Assembly: GCA_964486105.1 (NCBI GenBank)
Contig: CAZAKR010000013.1
Location: 537 to 64,536, forward strand
Source of the DNA: an uncultured Rhodospirillaceae bacterium
GTDB taxonomy: Bacteria; Pseudomonadota; Alphaproteobacteria; UBA11136
Reading direction: 5' to 3'
DNA: 64,000 nt
The notes below the pieces were generated by a model. It did no database searches and was not told the origin of the DNA. It worked only from the letters and a program-made list of their open reading frames with translations. Below, in pieces: positions 21,452 through 30,900 of this stretch. The position numbers and the translations under genes are program-made. The first letter of the stretch is position 1; each line of letters opens with the position of its first letter.

Positions 21452-21480
21452 CCAGGGCGTAAGTGGACTCGCTCCGGTTT

Positions 21481-22425
21481 TTAAGTTTTTTCTTTTCGGC
21501 CGAGGACTTCCATCAGCTCGCCCCATTCGCGCTGGGACAGCCCGCTTGCTTCGCGGGATACGTCTTCCCCGGCAATGAGGCTGCGCGCCACCTCCAGCCC
21601 CGCCGCCGAAAGCCAGGCGCCGCCCATACGGTATTGGGCAAAGGCGTCATAGGTTAGCGGCACCCAGCGCCGCATCACATCGAGCATTGCCTCGGCGTAA
21701 ACCCGGATTTCGTACTGGGCATGGGCATCGGCACGCAGCCGCAGAAAATGCATAAGGTTGTGAAGATCGATCTTCCAGTACCACTGGGTATAGGTATTGA
21801 GCGTCAGATTCATCCGCGCCAGTTCGCGGGCCAGCCCCTTCTTGCCGGGATCGACCTGCTTACCCTCTTCGTCCTCGTTCAGCATTTCAGCATAATGGCG
21901 GTAACAGGTTTCGGCATCCTCGCGCAGAAGGTCGAGGGTAGCCTGAGCCTCGGCGCCTTCCAGAGACTCGCCGCGGCCCTGGTGATTGATCTGCGACTGG
22001 GCGGCGAGCTGTTCGGGTGCGGGAATATAAAATTCCTTGTCGAGGATTGAATAGCGGGCCGAATATTCGTTCACATTGGCGGTGCGGTGCCTGATCCACT
22101 GGCGGGCGACGAAGATCGGCAGCTTGACGTGAAACTTGATCTCGCACATCTCGAACGGCGTCGTATGGGCGTGGCGCAGCAGGTAATTGATCAGGCCCCT
22201 GTCCTCGCTCACCTTTTTAGTGCCCTTGCCATAGGATACCCGGGCCGCCTGAACCACCGCCCCGTCATCACCCATATAATCGATCACCCGGACAAAGCCG
22301 TGATCAAGCAGGGGCACCGGCTGATAAAGAATTTCCTCCAGTTCCGGCACCGTCGCGCGCAGGGTTTGGGCAGAATCCTGGCGCTGCCGTTCGACTTCTT
22401 TTTGCTGTTCGGGATTGAGGCTCAT
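21481..22425 (-). CDS. thyX: FAD-dependent thymidylate synthase ThyX
   Basis: The ThyX signature [15 protein letters not shown] (RHRx7S) is present. The start is the ATG at about 22423-22425 (MSLNPEQQ). Confidence 0.9.
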   Translation of the reverse strand: MSLNPEQQKEVERQRQDSAQTLRATVPELEEILYQPVPLLDHGFVRVIDYMGDDGAVVQAARVSYGKGTKKVSEDRGLINYLLRHAHTTPFEMCEIKFHVKLPIFVARQWIRHRTANVNEYSARYSILDKEFYIPAPEQLAAQSQINHQGRGESLEGAEAQATLDLLREDAETCYRHYAEMLNEDEEGKQVDPGKKGLARELARMNLTLNTYTQWYWKIDLHNLMHFLRLRADAHAQYEIRVYAEAMLDVMRRWVPLTYDAFAQYRMGGAWLSAAGLEVARSLIAGEDVSREASGLSQREWGELMEVLGRKEKT

Positions 22426-22569
22426 AAAGAATTCCAAGGCTCCAGGCGCGGCATGATAAAGACAGATCACCTTAAGCTTGGTCGGAGGCGTCGGTGATAG
22501 TCTGTCTTACCCTCTTTATATTCCTGCCCGCAACCCTTCCAAAACCGGGTCGGAGACCATATATTAGTC

Positions 22570-22870
22570 CAGTCGGGCAACCGACTATGACGATAAACGT
22601 TATGCTCACTACCCGTTACGGACCCGGGGGCAGTACCCGGCGCCTCCACCATTTCCCATATCGGGCCTTCTCGGCGGCCTTTATAAACCGAATGGGGGCG
22701 AACCAGGATCGACGTGCGTGGAAACGGTATGACTTTCGTTCGGCATGGTACCCACCGTTATCGGGCCAATCGTTAGTTGCGAACGATAATCAAATCGCAC
22801 TCGCTGCTTAGTTTCTAGGCAAGCGCGGTTCGGGGGGCACCGGGCAACAGAAGCCCCCCACTTGATACGA
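22570..22870 (+). ncRNA. ssrA: tmRNA (ssrA) in circularly permuted two-piece alphaproteobacterial form. The acceptor piece ends ...CGCCUCCACCA at about 22650. The coding piece starts GGGGGCGAACCAGGAUCGACG at about 22693 and encodes tag ANDNQIALAA* (GCG...TAG 22778-22810)
   Basis: The 5' strand GGGGGCG pairs with the 3' strand CGCCUCC, giving a G3:U70 wobble (the AlaRS identity element) before ACCA. The CCA-bearing strand lies upstream of the 5' strand, which is the permuted gene order. A T-arm-like CCGGG-GGCAGUA-CCCGG precedes the CCA strand. The tag reading frame ends in the canonical ALAA. The outer boundaries are approximate. Confidence 0.75.
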
Positions 22871-22904
22871 ATTGTTTGTGATTAGGAAATTCAAGCGCAA
22901 AACC

Positions 22905-23432
22905 ATGGCCATCGAACCCCTGCAATATGACCAAATGGTCGAAGAAGCCCTGCGCAGCGTCATCCGCCGCGCCCTGGTAGAAATCGCCGAAAACGGCCTT
23001 TCCGGCAAACATCAGTTCTACATCACCTTTCTGACCGATTTTCCCGGTGTTGATATCCCTGATCATCTGTACGCCCAGCATCCGGGAGAAATGACCATCG
23101 TGCTGGAACACCAGTTCTGGGGTCTGGAAGTCGGCGCCCAGTCCTTTGAGGTAACGTTGAGCTTCAACAAGACCAACGAACGCCTGACCATCCCCTTTGA
23201 AGCAATCACCGCCTTTGCCGACCCGAGCGTCAAATTCGGCCTTCAGTTTCAAGGCCAGGGCGGCGCCGTCCAGCCGCTCCCGGACAGAGAGCCGGAGAGC
23301 GAACAGGTGACCGGTGACGGCAAGGAAAAATCTCCGCAAGTTTCCAAAAACAAACGCGAAAACGAAAAAGCGACAGAAAGCGGCGAAGTAATCGCCCTTG
23401 ATGCCTTCCGCAAGGATTCAGGCAAGACCTGA
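22905..23432 (+). CDS. sspB: ClpXP adaptor SspB (stringent starvation protein B family, alpha-type)
   Basis: MAIEPLQYDQMVEEALRSVIRRALVEIAENGLSGKHQFYITFLTDFPGVDIPDHLYAQHPGEMTIVLEH matches the SspB substrate-binding-domain pattern. The acidic C-terminal tail resembles a ClpX-tethering motif. Confidence 0.7.
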   Translation: MAIEPLQYDQMVEEALRSVIRRALVEIAENGLSGKHQFYITFLTDFPGVDIPDHLYAQHPGEMTIVLEHQFWGLEVGAQSFEVTLSFNKTNERLTIPFEAITAFADPSVKFGLQFQGQGGAVQPLPDREPESEQVTGDGKEKSPQVSKNKRENEKATESGEVIALDAFRKDSGKT

Positions 23433-23495
23433 TCCCCAGCCCGGTGTATCCTCACCTAATCCCCAATCTGCCGCCCGCGCCCGGAAGGTTTATGG

Positions 23496-25127
23496 ATGTC
23501 CGATTTTGCTTATCATGAAATGTTTCCGCTGGGGGGCGACGACACCCCCTATCGCCGCCTGACGACGGATTATGTCTCGACAACGCCGTTTGGAGATAAA
23601 ACCGTTCTCCAGGTCGAGGCCGAAGCCCTCACCCTGCTCGCCGAAACCGCCCTGCGCGAGACCTCCCACCTGCTCAGGCCCGGCCATCTGAAAAAACTGC
23701 GCGCCATCCTCGACGACCCGGAGGCCTCCGATAACGACCGTTTCGTCGCCTTCGAGATGCTGAAAAACGCCTGCATTTCGGGCGGCATGACCCTGCCCAT
23801 GTGCCAGGACACCGGTACTGCCATCGTCATGGGCAAGAAGGGCCAGAACGTGTGGACGCAAGGGCCGGACGAGGCGGCGCTGGCCGAGGGAATCCACCGC
23901 ACCTACACAGGTACGTCGCTGCGCTACAGCCAGATGGCGGCGCTCGATATGTTTACCGAGAAGAACACCGGCAACAATCTGCCCGCCCAGATCGAGATTT
24001 ATGCCACCCAAGGCGACCAATACAAATTCCTGTTCATGGCCAAGGGCGGCGGGTCGGCCAACAAGACCTTTTTGTATCAGGAAACCCGGGCGCTGTTGAA
24101 CCCGTCCTCGTTGCTGAAATTCATCGATGAAAAAATCCGAACCCTGGGCACCGCGGCCTGCCCCCCCTATCATCTGGCCATCGTCATCGGCGGCACTTCG
24201 GCGGAAATGACCCTGAAGACGGTAAAGCTGGCGAGCGCCCATTATCTCGACACCCTGCCAAGTGAAGGCAACCCCCACGGCCAGGCCTTTCGCGACATCG
24301 GATTTGAACAAGAAGTGCTCAATGTCGCCTGCAACACCGGCATCGGCGCCCAGTTCGGCGGTAAATATTTCTGCCATGATGTGCGGGTGATCCGCCTGCC
24401 CCGTCATGGCGCCTCATGCCCTGTCGGGATCGGCGTTTCCTGTTCGGCCGACCGGCAGATCCTCGGCAAGATCACGAGTGAAGGCGTGTTCGTCGAACAA
24501 CTGGAAACCAATCCGGCCCAATATCTGCCCGAGATCAAGGAGCAAGACCTCGCCGGCGAGGTGGTCAAGATCGATCTCAACCTGCCGATGCATGAAATCC
24601 GCAAGATCCTCAGCCGGCACCCGATCAAGACCCGGCTGTCGCTCTCAGGCCCGATGGTGGTGGCCCGCGATATCGCCCATGCCCGGCTTAAGGAACGGAT
24701 CGAGAGCGGCGAGGGGCTGCCCGATTACATCAAGGATCATATCGTTTATTACGCCGGCCCTGCGAAGACGCCCGAGGGCTACGCTTCTGGTTCCTTTGGC
24801 CCGACAACGGCCGGACGCATGGATTCATACGTCGATCTCTTTCAGTCCCAGGGCGGCAGCCTGGTCATGCTGGCCAAGGGAAATCGCAGCGGGTCAGTCA
24901 AGGACGCCTGTGCCAGACATGGCGGCTTTTATCTCGGCTCTATCGGCGGCCCCGGGGCACGACTGGCCCAGGACTGCATCAAAAAGGTCGAGGTGCTGGA
25001 ATTCGAGGAACTCGGCATGGAAGCGGTTTGGAAGATCGAGGTCGAGGATTTCCCCGCCTTTATCATCATCGACGATAAGGGCCATGATTTCTTTTCCCAT
25101 ATCCACTCAAAGGCCCCTGACGGCTGA
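23496..25127 (+). CDS. fumA: Class I (Fe-S) fumarate hydratase
   Basis: The 543-aa protein has fused alpha and beta domains ([28 protein letters not shown]...). Confidence 0.9.
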   Translation: MSDFAYHEMFPLGGDDTPYRRLTTDYVSTTPFGDKTVLQVEAEALTLLAETALRETSHLLRPGHLKKLRAILDDPEASDNDRFVAFEMLKNACISGGMTLPMCQDTGTAIVMGKKGQNVWTQGPDEAALAEGIHRTYTGTSLRYSQMAALDMFTEKNTGNNLPAQIEIYATQGDQYKFLFMAKGGGSANKTFLYQETRALLNPSSLLKFIDEKIRTLGTAACPPYHLAIVIGGTSAEMTLKTVKLASAHYLDTLPSEGNPHGQAFRDIGFEQEVLNVACNTGIGAQFGGKYFCHDVRVIRLPRHGASCPVGIGVSCSADRQILGKITSEGVFVEQLETNPAQYLPEIKEQDLAGEVVKIDLNLPMHEIRKILSRHPIKTRLSLSGPMVVARDIAHARLKERIESGEGLPDYIKDHIVYYAGPAKTPEGYASGSFGPTTAGRMDSYVDLFQSQGGSLVMLAKGNRSGSVKDACARHGGFYLGSIGGPGARLAQDCIKKVEVLEFEELGMEAVWKIEVEDFPAFIIIDDKGHDFFSHIHSKAPDG

Positions 25128-25774
25128 TGGCGGCGCCACTGCCCGAGTTCCTGATCGACGGCCCCAAGCGCGCCCCGGTTACCCTGGCCCTGGCCCATGG
25201 CGCCGGCGCGGCCATGGACACGCCCTTTATGACCGCCTTTGCCGAGGGTCTGGCTTTAAGGGGCCACCGGGTCGTCCGTTTCGAGTTTCCCTATATGCAT
25301 GATCGCCGCATAAGCGGCAAAAAACGCCCCCCTGACCGCGCACCGGTACTGATGGAAACCTGGCGGGCGGTAGCGGCCAAAATTGGCGCCAAGCGTCTGG
25401 TTATCGGGGGCAAATCCATGGGTGGACGGATCGCCAGCATGCTCGCCGCTGAACGGGAAGAGGCCGGAGACCCTCTGGCCGGAATTGTCTGCCTCGGCTA
25501 TCCCTTTCACGCCCCGGGGAAACCTGACAAGCTGCGCGTCGATCACCTGCGCGGCCTTAAGACCCCGACCCTGATCGTTCAGGGCGAACGCGACCCCTTT
25601 GGCAAAAAGGACGAGGTGAAAGGCTATCGCCTGCCCAAATCGATCGGTTTCCACTGGCTTGGCGACGGAGAACATTCGTTCAAACCGCGCAAAGCCTCAG
25701 GCCTGACCGAAGCCGATAACTGGGCAGACGGAATCGCAGCCATCGACGGCTTTTTGACCAAGATCGGCAGGTAA
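25127..25774 (+). CDS. Alpha/beta-hydrolase fold protein (COG3571/KANL3-like predicted hydrolase)
   Basis: The 215-aa protein has a GKSMGG nucleophile elbow. Its start overlaps the fumA stop (ATGA). Confidence 0.65.
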   Translation: MAAPLPEFLIDGPKRAPVTLALAHGAGAAMDTPFMTAFAEGLALRGHRVVRFEFPYMHDRRISGKKRPPDRAPVLMETWRAVAAKIGAKRLVIGGKSMGGRIASMLAAEREEAGDPLAGIVCLGYPFHAPGKPDKLRVDHLRGLKTPTLIVQGERDPFGKKDEVKGYRLPKSIGFHWLGDGEHSFKPRKASGLTEADNWADGIAAIDGFLTKIGR

Positions 25775-25781
25775 AACGAAG

Positions 25782-26006
25782 ATGACAGCGATGGACGCCG
25801 AAATTCGCAAACGCTCGGTGAAGATTTCCGGCCACCGGACCAGCGTCTCGATCGAGAACGGATTTTGGGACGCCTTAAAAGACATTGCCGCGGCCAAAGC
25901 CATATCGGTGAACGCCTTGATCGAAGAGATCGACCGCGACCGTCAGGGCAACCTTTCCAGCGCCATCCGTCTTTACGTTTTAGGGTGCCTGCAAAAAAAG
26001 GCCTGA
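25782..26006 (+). CDS. Ribbon-helix-helix domain small protein
   Basis: The 74-aa sequence RSVKISGHRTSVSIENGFWDALKDIAAAKAISVNALIEEID is an RHH-type pattern. Confidence 0.5.
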   Translation: MTAMDAEIRKRSVKISGHRTSVSIENGFWDALKDIAAAKAISVNALIEEIDRDRQGNLSSAIRLYVLGCLQKKA

Positions 26007-26028
26007 GCCATCCGGGCCCTGTAACCGC

Positions 26029-27009
26029 CTATATTCCGTGATAGTCGCGGTACCACTCGACGAAACGGGGCACACCTTCCTCGATCGAGGTGGCCGGCTC
26101 GAACCCGAAATCCCGTGTGCTGGCCTCAATATCGGCGGAAGTTTCCTTAACGTCGCCCGGCTGCATCGGCTCAAAACGGATTTCCGCCTTTTTACCCAGC
26201 GCCGCCTCCAGGGTTTCGATCAGCTTCATCAACTGTTCGCTCTTATTATTGCCGAGATTATAGACCCGGTGCGGCGCTTTGCCTCCATCAACCGGTGGCG
26301 GATGGCCGAGGCACCCCAGGGTGCCGGCGACGATATCGTCGATATAGGTGAAATCCCGCTTCATATCGCCCTGGTTGAAAACCGGGATCGGCTCGCCGGC
26401 AAGAATCTTTTGGGTGAAAATATAAAGCGCCATGTCGGGCCGCCCCCAGGGACCATAAACGGTGAAAAACCGCAGCCCCGTAGCCGGCAGGCGATAGAGA
26501 TGGGCATAGCTGGCGGTAATCAGCTCGGCGGATTTCTTGGTCGCCGCATAGAGAGAGACCGGATCGTCAACCCGGTCGTCAACCGAAAAGGGGAGCTTGG
26601 TATTGCCGCCGTAAACGGACGACGAACTGGCATAGACCAGATGTTTCAATTTGGGCAGCAGGCGGCAAGCCTCGAGCACGACAACCTGACCGGCGATATT
26701 GCAATGAATATAGGCGTAGGGGTTTTCCAGGGAATAGCGCACCCCGGCCTGAGCCGCCAGATGCACCACCCGGTCAATGTCGGGATATTTCCCGGCCAGG
26801 GCGAGCATCGCCTCCTTGTCGGCAATATCCAGCTTATGGAAGGTAAAGCCTTTCTCACCCTCAAACCGGGCCAGGCGCGCCTCTTTCAGGGCGACCGAAT
26901 AATAATCGTTGAGGTTATCGACACCGATGACCGTTTCGCCGCGCGCCAACAGAGCCTTGGCAACGTGGGAACCGATGAATCCTGCAATTCCGGTGATAAG
27001 GACGGGCAT
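26029..27009 (-). CDS. NAD-dependent sugar-nucleotide epimerase (UDP-glucuronate 4-epimerase-like SDR)
   Basis: MPVLITGIAGFIGSH is a Rossmann motif, and the YxxxK active site is expected. The start is the ATG at about 27007-27009. Confidence 0.85.
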   Translation of the reverse strand: MPVLITGIAGFIGSHVAKALLARGETVIGVDNLNDYYSVALKEARLARFEGEKGFTFHKLDIADKEAMLALAGKYPDIDRVVHLAAQAGVRYSLENPYAYIHCNIAGQVVVLEACRLLPKLKHLVYASSSSVYGGNTKLPFSVDDRVDDPVSLYAATKKSAELITASYAHLYRLPATGLRFFTVYGPWGRPDMALYIFTQKILAGEPIPVFNQGDMKRDFTYIDDIVAGTLGCLGHPPPVDGGKAPHRVYNLGNNKSEQLMKLIETLEAALGKKAEIRFEPMQPGDVKETSADIEASTRDFGFEPATSIEEGVPRFVEWYRDYHGI

Positions 27010-27122
27010 GAATGGCTTTCCGTTTCGCTCGTATTGGAGTGGTATTGGTCTGGCGGCCAATCTATGCCACATTCGCCGCCCTAATCCAATTATCCCGACA
27101 CCGAATTTACCTGATTTAACCC

Positions 27123-27938
27123 ATGACCGACCCCCTTTTCCCCGAAGACACGCTTGAACACCGTATCGAGGCCTATGAAAACACGGCTGAGGTAAACGAA
27201 GGCCTGCACGCCCTGTTCACCGCCCAGACCGACCGCATCGCCTTTCTCAAGCGCCACCGGGACTGGGTTGAGGAAAACCGCTGGGGCATGGGCGATAGGG
27301 CCTTTCACTATATGTGGATGCTGATCCTGGCCGATGCGGCGGCGCGGTTTCCCGCCCTCGACCTTCTTGAGATCGGCGTGTTCAAGGGCCAGACAATCTC
27401 TCTATGGGCCCTGATCTCCCGCGAACTCGGGCTCAACGCCTCGATTACCGCCATCTCGCCCTTCGAGGGCAATCTCAAGCCCCAGCCCCGCCTGCTGCAC
27501 AGCCTGCGCAAGAAGCTCGACCCCACCTATCGGGAGGCAAATGCGGTGGGGAATCTCCACGCGATCGACGATTATCTGGCGCGCAACCGGGAAATCTTCG
27601 CCGCCTTTGATCTCGACTTTGCGGCGGTAAAGGCGATTAAGGGCTTTTCCAACGCCCCGGAAGTGACCGCCCGGGTTTCGGGCGAAACCTTTGCCCTGGT
27701 CTATATCGACGGCGACCACACGTTAGAGGTTGCCCGCTCGGATATTGCCACCTATGCGCCCCTTGTCGGCGCCGGGGGGTATCTGATTATGGACGACGCC
27801 GCCTGCTTTCTTCCCGGCGAGACTTTCTGGAAAGGGTTTAAGAGCGTATCCCAGGCCTGCGAGGACATACCCGCACTCGGATTTACCAATGTGCTCAATA
27901 TCGGACATAACCGGATTTTCCGGAAAAACAGCGACTGA
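27123..27938 (+). CDS. Class I SAM-dependent methyltransferase (TylF/CmcI-like O-methyltransferase family)
   Basis: Motifs LLEIGVFKGQTISLWAL and VYIDGDH are present. Confidence 0.65.
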   Translation: MTDPLFPEDTLEHRIEAYENTAEVNEGLHALFTAQTDRIAFLKRHRDWVEENRWGMGDRAFHYMWMLILADAAARFPALDLLEIGVFKGQTISLWALISRELGLNASITAISPFEGNLKPQPRLLHSLRKKLDPTYREANAVGNLHAIDDYLARNREIFAAFDLDFAAVKAIKGFSNAPEVTARVSGETFALVYIDGDHTLEVARSDIATYAPLVGAGGYLIMDDAACFLPGETFWKGFKSVSQACEDIPALGFTNVLNIGHNRIFRKNSD

Positions 27939-28024
27939 ATGCCCCGGCATTTGACTTGAGAGACCCATTTGACCATGATCTCGCCGCCTTTCGGCCCCAA
28001 CCCCGTTTATTAGGAACTCGTGGC

Positions 28025-28639
28025 ATGAACATGAAACGCTTTATTCTTACCCTCCCGATTTGCGCTTTCCTCGCCCTGGCTTTTACAGCCTCAACGGCGG
28101 AAGCAAAACGCAAGGTCAAAAACTGGCCCTGCGAGTCGTCCCTGACCGAGGACATTTCCGCCGAAGCTGTGTGGAGCCCACCGCCGGCGCTGGACCCGTC
28201 CTGGCAGGAGGATGAGGGTGTGCGCACGGTCGTGCAGTATGCGGTTAATCCGGAAAACCCGCCGAGTGGAGGCAGGGATGCCATTGCCGAATATGCCGCA
28301 ACGCTGGGCCCCGACAAGGACAAGAAACTGGTACAGATCTTTACCGGAATCCTGGAAGAGATGAACACCTTCCATGACATCATCGTCGCCGGTATTCGGA
28401 ACTTTATCATCAAGGCCAAGGTCCTCGAAAGCATGGTCGAGGAGAACGACGCCGAACTCAACGACCCCAATGTGGATGAAAAACGCAAAGCCGACGTCAA
28501 GGAAGCGCGGTTCTGGAATTTCGCCAATATGGACGACGCTGAGGAAGAAGCAGAGTTCCTCTGCACCCGCTATGACTATGTGGAAAAGAAACTGAGCAAG
28601 CTGACCGAACAAATCCGCTCTGAAATGACGAATAAATAA
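28025..28639 (+). CDS. Secreted hypothetical protein (signal peptide MNMKRFILTLPICAFLALAFTASTAEA)
   Basis: The ORF track lists 27956..28639; the signal-peptide start is internal. Confidence 0.5.
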   Translation: MNMKRFILTLPICAFLALAFTASTAEAKRKVKNWPCESSLTEDISAEAVWSPPPALDPSWQEDEGVRTVVQYAVNPENPPSGGRDAIAEYAATLGPDKDKKLVQIFTGILEEMNTFHDIIVAGIRNFIIKAKVLESMVEENDAELNDPNVDEKRKADVKEARFWNFANMDDAEEEAEFLCTRYDYVEKKLSKLTEQIRSEMTNK

Positions 28640-28680
28640 GCCGGCGATTTATCCAAATCAGATCAAACAGCTATCCTGAA

Positions 28681-28716
28681 AGGGCCACGGCTTAATTGCC
28701 GCGGCCCTTTTTTGTC
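28681..28716 (+). terminator. Rho-independent terminator
   Basis: The hairpin GGGCCACGGCttaattGCCGCGGCCC is followed by TTTTTT. Confidence 0.5.
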
Positions 28717-28861
28717 AGCTCACGGTCAATTACAACATTATATATCTGTGAAATATCAATCGCTTATAAGGATGCATAAAATTGTTCACAATTTATGTTG
28801 CCTTTTATTCCCCAGCGGTTAAAAATCCATACTTCTTCAGGGGGGGGACAACCTTGTCATT

Positions 28862-28897
28862 TCTAGGGAAAAAAACCTCTCTAGGGAAAAAAACCTC
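28862..28897. repeat. Perfect tandem duplication of the 18-nt unit TCTAGGGAAAAAAACCTC, 130 nt upstream of the PQQ dehydrogenase start
   Basis: The duplication is read directly. Additional CTAGG/CTTAGGG motifs occur at about 28930 and about 29012, flanked by G7-G8 runs. Confidence 0.6.
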
Positions 28898-29029
28898 GAT
28901 ATCCTCTTAATTGAGGGGGGTGAGAAATCCTAGGACCGTGACGAGGGGGTAACAAAAAAACCGGACGGGGCTCACCCCTGAGAGTCAGACGTCCCACTCG
29001 CGACTTGAACCCTTAGGGAGGAACACTCT

Positions 29030-30682
29030 ATGAGAGGTAAATCACTTCTTGCTGCTGCAATTCTTCTGGGCGGCGCCCACGCAGCTTCTGCTGGCGATCA
29101 TGCTGATTGGCTCAGTTACGGCGGTGACCTTGGTCAGACGCGCTATGTGACCGAGAAGCAGATCAACACCGGCAACGTAAAAAATCTTAAGGTCAAATAC
29201 ATTTTCCAGACTGGCGTCATCGGGTCTTTCCAGGTTACCCCGATCGTTCAGGATGGCGTAATGTATGTTACCACGCCTTACAACCATGCCTTTGCCCTTG
29301 ACGCCAAGACCGGCAAGCAGCTGTGGCACTACGAGCACAAGCTCGGCACCACTATCTTCTGCTGCGGCCCAAACAACCGTGGCGTCGGCATTGATAGCAA
29401 CAACGTCTATATGGCAACCCTCGACGCCATGCTGATCGCGTTGAACAAAAAGACCGGCGAACTGGTTTGGGAAACAGAGATTGCTGATCCCGAGTTCGGT
29501 TATTCCGAAACCCTTGCTCCTATCGTTTACAAGGGCAAGGTCATCGTCGGTATTTCCGGCGCCGAATATGGTATCCGCGGTTTCATCACCGCCTATGACG
29601 CCAAAAGCGGCAAGAAAGCCTGGCGCTGGCACACTATTCCGGCCCCCGACGAAGCTGGTCCGGACGGTGTTAAAGGCTGGGAAGGCACCTATGGCAACAA
29701 AGCCGATGGTATCAACCCGCTCAACCGCGACGTTGCGGCTGAAAAGGCTGCTGTTGCTTCCGGCAAGTATAAGGATGCCTGGAAGTATGGTGGTGGTTCC
29801 AACTGGATGAGCAACACCATTGATACCAACACCGACCTCATGTACGCCACGCTCGGCAACCCGTCACCTGATCTCGACGGTTCGCTGCGTCCGGGCGACA
29901 ACCGCTGGTCGGATTCCATGGTGGCGCTTGACGTCAACACCGGCAAGCTCAAATGGGCTTACCAGTACATCCCCCATGACGTGTGGGATCTGGATTCCGT
30001 TTCTCCGCCGATCCTGGCCGAAGCCAAGGATAAGAACGGCAAGAACCGGAAAGTCGTGGTTCACGGCGGTAAAACCGGCTGGGTCTACATCCATGACAGG
30101 GCCACTGGTGAACTGATCCGTCGCTCGGATCCGATGGTTCCCCACGAGAACCTGTTCGCACTGCCGACCGAAGGCCAGGGCACGCGCATGCTGCCGGGCG
30201 CCAATGGTGGTGTCGAATGGTCGCCGGGCGCCTACAGCCCGAAGACCGGCATGGTCTATTACGCCAATCTGCACCAGCCCATGCACTATGAAGTCAAGTC
30301 TGTGCCTTGGGAAAAGGGCAAGCTGTGGCTCGGCGGCGCCTTTAAGGCGATCCCTGGCGAAGACCAGTGGGGTAACGTCGTCGGTGTTGACCTCAATACC
30401 GGCAAGATTGCCTGGGAGCACAAAACCGACGAACCGATGATCGGCGGAACCCTTGCAACCGCTGGCGGTCTTGTCTTCACCGGTGAGGCCAACGGTAACT
30501 TCCTGGCGCTTGACGCCAAGTCGGGCAAGAAACTCTGGTCGTTCCAGGCCGGTGCCGGCGTTAATGCCGCGCCGATGTCCTTTACCCTTGACGGCAAGCA
30601 GCACATCGCTGTCGCCGCCGGTGGTAACGCCCAGATCAACGCCAAACGGGGTGACGCGGTTATCGTGTTCACTCTCGACTAG
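29030..30682 (+). CDS. PQQ-dependent alcohol/methanol dehydrogenase family (8-bladed propeller quinoprotein), periplasmic
   Basis: Present are a signal peptide (MRGKSLLAAAILLGGAHAASA), W-motif propeller repeats, a vicinal disulfide (CC in FCCGPNNRG) and the segment PHDVWDLDS (a D-x-D arrangement at the catalytic Asp). Confidence 0.9.
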   Translation: MRGKSLLAAAILLGGAHAASAGDHADWLSYGGDLGQTRYVTEKQINTGNVKNLKVKYIFQTGVIGSFQVTPIVQDGVMYVTTPYNHAFALDAKTGKQLWHYEHKLGTTIFCCGPNNRGVGIDSNNVYMATLDAMLIALNKKTGELVWETEIADPEFGYSETLAPIVYKGKVIVGISGAEYGIRGFITAYDAKSGKKAWRWHTIPAPDEAGPDGVKGWEGTYGNKADGINPLNRDVAAEKAAVASGKYKDAWKYGGGSNWMSNTIDTNTDLMYATLGNPSPDLDGSLRPGDNRWSDSMVALDVNTGKLKWAYQYIPHDVWDLDSVSPPILAEAKDKNGKNRKVVVHGGKTGWVYIHDRATGELIRRSDPMVPHENLFALPTEGQGTRMLPGANGGVEWSPGAYSPKTGMVYYANLHQPMHYEVKSVPWEKGKLWLGGAFKAIPGEDQWGNVVGVDLNTGKIAWEHKTDEPMIGGTLATAGGLVFTGEANGNFLALDAKSGKKLWSFQAGAGVNAAPMSFTLDGKQHIAVAAGGNAQINAKRGDAVIVFTLD

Positions 30683-30744
30683 GTAAGTGGGATTTTGTGC
30701 CGGCTCTGAAAAGGGCCGGCACAATTCTCATCTTTAAGATCGGG

Positions 30745-30775
30745 AACGGGGGCCTTAGGGCCCCCGTTCTTTTTG
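30745..30775 (+). terminator. Rho-independent terminator after the PQQ dehydrogenase gene, preceded by a second hairpin at 30697-30722
   Basis: AACGGGGGCCttaGGCCCCCGTT is followed by CTTTTTG. The upstream hairpin GTGCCGGC...GCCGGCAC is perfect. Confidence 0.6.
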
Positions 30776-30900
30776 AATACCCCCCAAATTTTTGGTAAAT
30801 ACCCCAATTTCCGCCTTATTTACCCTTTAACTTATTGACTGGAACATGCAGTTCGGGTTTTCTCCCCCGGCACGCCCCCAAACCAAGGACTTTTAAAAAG

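Noticed and set aside
22494-22811. 105-aa ORF ending ...SLVANDNQIALAA
   Set aside because: It is a read-through of the tmRNA gene. Only the last 10 codons (the tag) are meaningful and they are translated in trans, not as this ORF.
28862-28897. Possible CRISPR-like repeat
   Set aside because: There are only two copies of an 18-mer with no spacers and no cas genes. It is a tandem duplication in a promoter region, not a CRISPR array.
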